In this document: in pieces, positions 59,872 to 64,000 of the stretch
How the letters are laid out: every line of letters begins with the position of its first letter
Position numbering within the stretch: position 1 is the first letter of the stretch
Assembly (NCBI GenBank): GCA_035559995.1
Contig: DATMAM010000036.1
Span: 38,305-102,304 of the forward strand
Direction of reading: 5' to 3'
Length of the DNA stretch: 64,000 nt
From: Candidatus Acidiferrales bacterium
GTDB lineage: Bacteria; Desulfobacterota; Binatia; UBA9968
Notes under the pieces: generated by a model
What the model was told of the DNA's origin: nothing
The model's database searches: none
The model's input: the letters and a program-made list of their open reading frames with translations, nothing else
Translations under genes and position numbers: made by a program

Positions 59872-61212
59872 CTAAGTATTTGGCGGGACGTCCATCTGGG
59901 TGAGAAAAAATCGCTTTCTGCTCTCGAAAAGGCGTTGCAGCGAAGGTTCGATCTCGTCTTCGGCGGGAAGGTCGACCTTCAGCGGGTCGACGTAGCTCTG
60001 GTTCTTGTACAGTTCAAAGTGAAGATGGGGTCCCGTGGTCAGTCCCGACGAGCCGACGTACCCGATCACCTGCCCTTTGCGTACCGTCGCGCCCTTCACG
60101 ATGCCTTTGGCGAACGATTGCAGATGGGCGTAGCGCGAAGTGTAGGTGGAATCGTGCTCGATTTCGATCAGCCTCCCGTAGCCGCCTTTTTTCCAGCCGG
60201 CGAACTGGATTTTTCCGTCGCCGACCGCGCGTACCGGGGTCCCGCGCTTGGCCATAAAATCGACGCCGTTGTGCGGCCGGTCGGCGCGCAGGACCGGATG
60301 CATGCGCGAGTGCGAAAAGAACGAGCTTATACCGATAAACTCCAGCGGAAACCGGAGAAAGGCGCGGGCGAGCGAGCGGCCGTTCAGGTCGTAGTACTTG
60401 CCGCTGCCCTTCTCTTTCTCGAAATAGATGGCGCCGTAGTTTTGATCCCCGCTTACGATATCCGCGGCCAGGATGCGAAAGGACACGGCGTCGCTTCGGC
60501 TGCCGATGCGGGAGCGCTTCTCGTAGATCAGGCGAAACGAATCGCCCTTTTTTAGATCGGTCTCGAAATCGATGTCCCAGCTAAAAATGTCGACCAGCTG
60601 TGACAGCAGGGTCGGGTTCAGGCCGGCGCGCAGTCCGTCTTCGACGAAGGAGGTTTCGATCGTGCCGGCGACATTGACGATCTCCACATCGTAGGCTTTC
60701 TCCCGGGCCGCAAACATGATTCCCCTTGCGCCTTTTTCCCAGGTGAGCACGCGGTCGCCGCCGGCCTCGACCTCGAGCGCCTTGAGTTGCCTCCCCTGCG
60801 GGCCAAAGAAGCCGGGCTTTGTTTTCGTGAAATAAAAATTCAGCTCCTTGCCCTCGCTCAGCCGGCCAGCCGGATACTGTCGCTGAACCGACGCCACCCA
60901 CGGCTGGCTTTCATTCCGGGAGAGGCCTAAACCCGCGAGGACTTTTTGCAGCGTTTCGCGCAGGCCGGTCCGGTAGGTGACGTGCTCGAGATTCTCTCCC
61001 GGCGTAAGGGGAGGAAGCTTAGGCGGGCTGAGGAAGCGAAAGGGGGAAGAAAAGGGCTGCGACGCGCGAACAGTTTGCTCTAGTAGCGAGCTTGTATACG
61101 CTTCATCGCGTTCGGTGCCGCCTGAAGGATGAGGCAGAGTCAGGCAAAAAACGAAGGCGATCAACCACAGGAGACGCGTCTTTGTCGCGGTCGTTAAGCG
61201 TGGCGCTGTCAT
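59872..61212 (-). CDS. M23 family metallopeptidase (peptidoglycan endopeptidase)
   Basis: ORF trimmed to ATG 61212 (MTAPRLTTATKTRLLWLIAFVFCLTL signal/anchor). HNGVDF...GYGRLIEIEH...YAHL...GSSGLTTGPHLHFE (HxxxD / HxH motifs). Confidence 0.85.
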   Translation of the reverse strand: MTAPRLTTATKTRLLWLIAFVFCLTLPHPSGGTERDEAYTSSLLEQTVRASQPFSSPFRFLSPPKLPPLTPGENLEHVTYRTGLRETLQKVLAGLGLSRNESQPWVASVQRQYPAGRLSEGKELNFYFTKTKPGFFGPQGRQLKALEVEAGGDRVLTWEKGARGIMFAAREKAYDVEIVNVAGTIETSFVEDGLRAGLNPTLLSQLVDIFSWDIDFETDLKKGDSFRLIYEKRSRIGSRSDAVSFRILAADIVSGDQNYGAIYFEKEKGSGKYYDLNGRSLARAFLRFPLEFIGISSFFSHSRMHPVLRADRPHNGVDFMAKRGTPVRAVGDGKIQFAGWKKGGYGRLIEIEHDSTYTSRYAHLQSFAKGIVKGATVRKGQVIGYVGSSGLTTGPHLHFELYKNQSYVDPLKVDLPAEDEIEPSLQRLFESRKRFFLTQMDVPPNT

Positions 61213-61243
61213 AAATGCCCTCGAACGACAAAAACGCGCTTCG

Positions 61244-61271
61244 ATTACTATTTTTGAGGCCGGTGTGTCAA
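61244..61271 (-). promoter_or_regulatory. sigma70-like promoter for the M23-pgpA-cinA... gene run
   Basis: Minus strand: TTGACA, 16-nt spacer, AGTAAT, in an AT-rich gap about 30 nt upstream of ATG 61212. Confidence 0.4.
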
Positions 61272-61509
61272 CCAAAAAAGGGTTTTTTGTTTTACTCTGT
61301 AGAATTACGATTCAAGATTGTCAGCGCGATGTGTGTCGAAGAAACGCAAGACGCGTACCTTCGCTTCGGCCGTTTGTTAACGAGAAATTTTACTCTTCCC
61401 TGCGCCCTTGCTGTCCCAAAAGTGGCTGACGCGCCGGTCAGACGTGCCCGAACCGGCACAGGCGGCAGGCCATTAGAGAACGGTGCTGGACGAGAATGAG
61501 CTTACAGAT

Positions 61510-62661
61510 TTAACGATTTGCTTTTCGGTAGCCCAGGGCGTCTTGGGCTATGATGAGCTTTTGGATGTTCGACGAACCCTCGACGATCTGGTACGACTTG
61601 GCGTCGCGGAAGTAGCGCTCGACAGGAAACTCCGTTGAGTAGCCGTAGGCTCCGAGAATGCGCAAAGCGGCGTCCGCCGCGAATGCTGCCGCCTCGGCCG
61701 CGGCATACTTGGCCGTCGAAACCTCCAAATTGTTCGGCCTGTTTTGATCTGCGAGCCAGGCGGCCCGATAGACCAGCAGGCGTGAAGCCTCTTCGTGCAC
61801 GACCATCTGCGCGATCAGGTCTTGATTCATTTGAAACTGGCCGATTTTCTGTCCGAACTGTTCGCGCTGGTTGGCGTAATTGATGGCCGCTTCGCGCGCC
61901 GCGCGGGCGACGCCGAGCGCTCCGGCCGCGCAGCTCAAACGCGTGTGGTTGAGCTGCCACATGCAGATCTTAAAGCCTTCACCTTCGGCACCGATCCGGT
62001 TTTCAGCCGCGATGCGATAATTTTCAAAATGGAGTTCGCCCACGGGCGAGGCGTGCGCGCCGAGGGTTTCCAAGGTCCGCCGGCCCACTCCCGGCAGGTG
62101 CAAATCGACGTAAAAGGCCGAAATGCCATGATGTCTGGCCGATCGGTCGGTGTACGCGTAGACGAGCGCCGCGTCCGCGACGGGCGCGTTGGAGATCCAA
62201 ATCTTGGTGCCGTTGAGAACATAGGAATCGCCGTCGCGCTTCGCCGTCATGGTCATGGCCGCCACATCCGAGCCGGCGCCCGGCTCCGTGATCGCAAAGC
62301 ACCCGACGGTTTGGCCGCCGACAAGAGCGGGAATCCAGTCGCGCTTTTGTTGCTCGGTGCCGAATTTCAAGAGCGCGAGCGCCGGGCCGATCTGCATGTT
62401 GATGGCCACGCGCAGCGCGCTGTGGACGCGCGCGATCTCTTCAGTAATCAAGGCCATGGCGAGGAAACCCAGATTGCTGCCGCCGTAGGCCTCGGGCACG
62501 ACGCAGCCGTAGAAACCCAACTCGCCCATTTTAAGAACCAGGTCGCGGCGAAACACTCGCTCGCGGTCGTCTTTGGCGGCGGTGGGAGCGATCTCTTTTT
62601 CGGCGAAATCGCGCGCCAGATCCCGGACCGCTTTGAGTTCTTCAGAAAGGTCAAAATCCAT
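61510..62661 (-). CDS. acyl-CoA dehydrogenase
   Basis: 383 aa. MDFDLSEELKAVRDLARDFAEKEI..., CFAITEPGAGSD, and the C-terminal YQIVEGSSNIQ with the catalytic Glu context. Confidence 0.9.
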   Translation of the reverse strand: MDFDLSEELKAVRDLARDFAEKEIAPTAAKDDRERVFRRDLVLKMGELGFYGCVVPEAYGGSNLGFLAMALITEEIARVHSALRVAINMQIGPALALLKFGTEQQKRDWIPALVGGQTVGCFAITEPGAGSDVAAMTMTAKRDGDSYVLNGTKIWISNAPVADAALVYAYTDRSARHHGISAFYVDLHLPGVGRRTLETLGAHASPVGELHFENYRIAAENRIGAEGEGFKICMWQLNHTRLSCAAGALGVARAAREAAINYANQREQFGQKIGQFQMNQDLIAQMVVHEEASRLLVYRAAWLADQNRPNNLEVSTAKYAAAEAAAFAADAALRILGAYGYSTEFPVERYFRDAKSYQIVEGSSNIQKLIIAQDALGYRKANR

Positions 62662-63070
62662 GGGTCACCTCTGGTCGTGGCTCGTGGCTCGTGGATCGTG
62701 GCTCGTGGCTCGTTGATCGTGGCTCGTGGCTCGTGGATCGTGGTCGCGGCCGATCGCGTAGGGTGGGTTGAGCACAGCGAAACCCACCGCCGGGGCGGGG
62801 ATGGTGGGTCGTGCTCGTGGTTCGTGATCGTGGCTCGTTGCTCGTGCTCGTGATCGTTGCACGTGGATCGTGCTCGTGGGTCGTGGATCGTGGCTCGTGC
62901 TCGTGGGTCGTGGATCGTGGATCGTGGCTCGTGGCTCGTGGATCGTGCTCGCGGCCGATCGCGTAGGGTGGGTTGAGCGCAGCGAAACCCACCGCCGGGG
63001 CGGGGATGGTGGGTGTCGGCAAAAGCCGTGGGTCGTGCTCGTGGCTCGTGGATCGTGGCTCGTGATCGGG
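62662..63070. repeat. mosaic intergenic repeat: three NTCGTG(G) arrays interleaved with two copies of the REP-like core
   Basis: Arrays at 62671-62745, 62806-62950 and 63028-63068. Cores at 62746-62808 and 62951-63013 are near-identical (one A/G difference in the loop). Confidence 0.9.
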
Positions 63071-63300
63071 GCTTCACTCGCTACTCCTCGCTCCTCACCA
63101 ATCACAGCCGAGTTTGCGGCGAAATGCAATTGGCGCAAAGTCGCGGCGCATCGGTCCGCCGGCTTGACAGTTTCGGCCGGGGGCAAGTAAAGAGACAGGA
63201 CGGCTGGAAGATTGGGACGGTGAGTACGGGCCGGGTTCGAACGCCAGCACTCCCCCTACGCCGATGCTCCAGCGGCACCTGCACTTCTGCGGGAGGATAG

Positions 63301-64000
63301 ATGGAAGCGAGCGCGACCGAAAAGAGGCAAGCCTTGCGCCGAATGCTCCAAGGCCCGGGATTTCATCTCGCGCCGAGCTGTAATGACGGCTTGTCGGCGC
63401 GCCTGGTCGAGTGGCTGGGATTTCCCCTCGTTCATATCTCGGGAAGTTCGCAACATCGCGCCATGGGCTTTGCGGACGCGGGGCTGCTCACGCTGACGGA
63501 AATGATCGAGCGCGCGCGCAATGTCGTCGAAGCGGTGGCGCTGCCGGTCATTAGCGACGCGGAGACCGGTTACGGAAACGTTGTCAACGTGGTGCGGTGC
63601 GTGCGCGAATTCGAGCGCGCCGGCGTGGCCGGTATCCATATCGAAGACCAGATGACGCCGAAACGGGCGGGCCACGAAGGCTTCGAGGTCGGTTTGATCT
63701 CGAAGGAGGAGATGGTGTCGAAGATCAAGGCGGCCGCGGACACCCGCCGCGACCCCGCCCTGGTCATCGTCGCGCGCTCGGAGGCGCGCGATTCGCTGGA
63801 GGAACGGCTCGAGCGCATGCAGGCGTGCTGCGAGGCGGGAGCCGACGCCGTATGGGTGAGCGCGCGCAGCGTCGAAGATATCAAGGCGTACGCACAAAGG
63901 ATTCACAAGCCGCTGATGGGAGTGCCGCCGCGGCAGCTGATGACGATCTATGAGTATGGCGATCTGGGCGTGCACGTCGGCGTCCTGCCGAACGTGTTGC
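63301..64000 (+). CDS. isocitrate lyase / PEP mutase superfamily protein (PrpB / carboxyvinyl-carboxyphosphonate phosphorylmutase-like), 3' end beyond the window
   Basis: Absent from the ORF track because there is no in-window stop. Manual translation from ATG 63301: MEASATEKRQALRRMLQGPGFHLAPSCNDGLSARLVEWLGFPLVHISGS...PVISDAETGYGN...AGVAGIHIEDQ...KRAGH... These are the family motifs D-x-D/E-x-G-x-G and I-E-D-Q. Confidence 0.8.
   Translation, partial: MEASATEKRQALRRMLQGPGFHLAPSCNDGLSARLVEWLGFPLVHISGSSQHRAMGFADAGLLTLTEMIERARNVVEAVALPVISDAETGYGNVVNVVRCVREFERAGVAGIHIEDQMTPKRAGHEGFEVGLISKEEMVSKIKAAADTRRDPALVIVARSEARDSLEERLERMQACCEAGADAVWVSARSVEDIKAYAQRIHKPLMGVPPRQLMTIYEYGDLGVHVGVLPNVL

Noticed and set aside
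62448-63190. Four overlapping ORFs across the repeat region (HEPRATSHEPRST..., RGSWIVARGSWLV...)
   Set aside because: Their periodic peptides are direct read-outs of the 6-7 nt arrays in several frames on both strands. No single frame is favoured, so I treat them as non-coding repeat.
63225-63250. tRNA-like T-loop sequence GGTTCGAAC
   Set aside because: The flanking bases cannot form the 5-bp T stem, and I could not build an acceptor or anticodon arm around it.
63256-63975. 239-aa minus-strand ORF at the right edge
   Set aside because: It is antisense to the plus-strand PEP-mutase/isocitrate-lyase family frame, which shows the family motifs and runs off the window.

Overview
Visibly GC-rich bacterial chromosomal segment (GC not computed) with about 50 protein genes, most on the minus strand. 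I found no rRNA, tRNA, CRISPR array, transposase or integrase. The content is mainly housekeeping and catabolic. 1-6.3 kb: a Mo-hydroxylase / epimerase / DapA-like / Rieske oxygenase / binding-protein cluster. 6.8-11 kb: ndh, pgi and a dienelactone hydrolase. 11.3-18.8 kb: an ABC importer operon with an embedded M24-fold enzyme and two tandem alpha/beta hydrolases. 19-21.3 kb: an orphan response regulator and an aldehyde dehydrogenase. 21.4-29 kb: exonuclease-addB-addA. 29-37.5 kb: ggt, purA, serA, a class V aminotransferase and a Bug-family binding protein. 38-43.8 kb: a 1899-aa tandem UvrA-UvrA fusion. 49.5-61.2 kb: a long minus-strand run, M23 peptidase-pgpA-cinA-thpR-recA-recX-(low-GC insert)-alaS-yjbQ-phoH-ybeY-prfB. 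Two real genes are cut by the window edges and are absent from the ORF track: a Mo-hydroxylase at 1-1805 (minus) and a PEP-mutase/isocitrate-lyase family gene at 63301-64000 (plus). I did not recognise a clear novel multi-gene system such as a defence island. The signals most worth a second look are listed here. (1) A mosaic intergenic repeat, a REP-like hairpin flanked by 6-7 nt TCGTG microsatellite arrays, at three loci directly 5' of genes. (2) The full-length UvrA-UvrA fusion with a small, apparently leaderless upstream ORF and a hairpin-rich leader. (3) AT-rich ATCTCAR repeat arrays on both sides of thpR, plus an 11-nt motif shared by the recA and addB upstream regions; these are candidate damage-regulon operators. 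(4) A promoter-leader-terminator arrangement abutting the aminotransferase-serA-purA start. (5) A low-GC mini-insert between recX and alaS. Many long ORFs in the track are antisense or out-of-frame artefacts of the high GC content.
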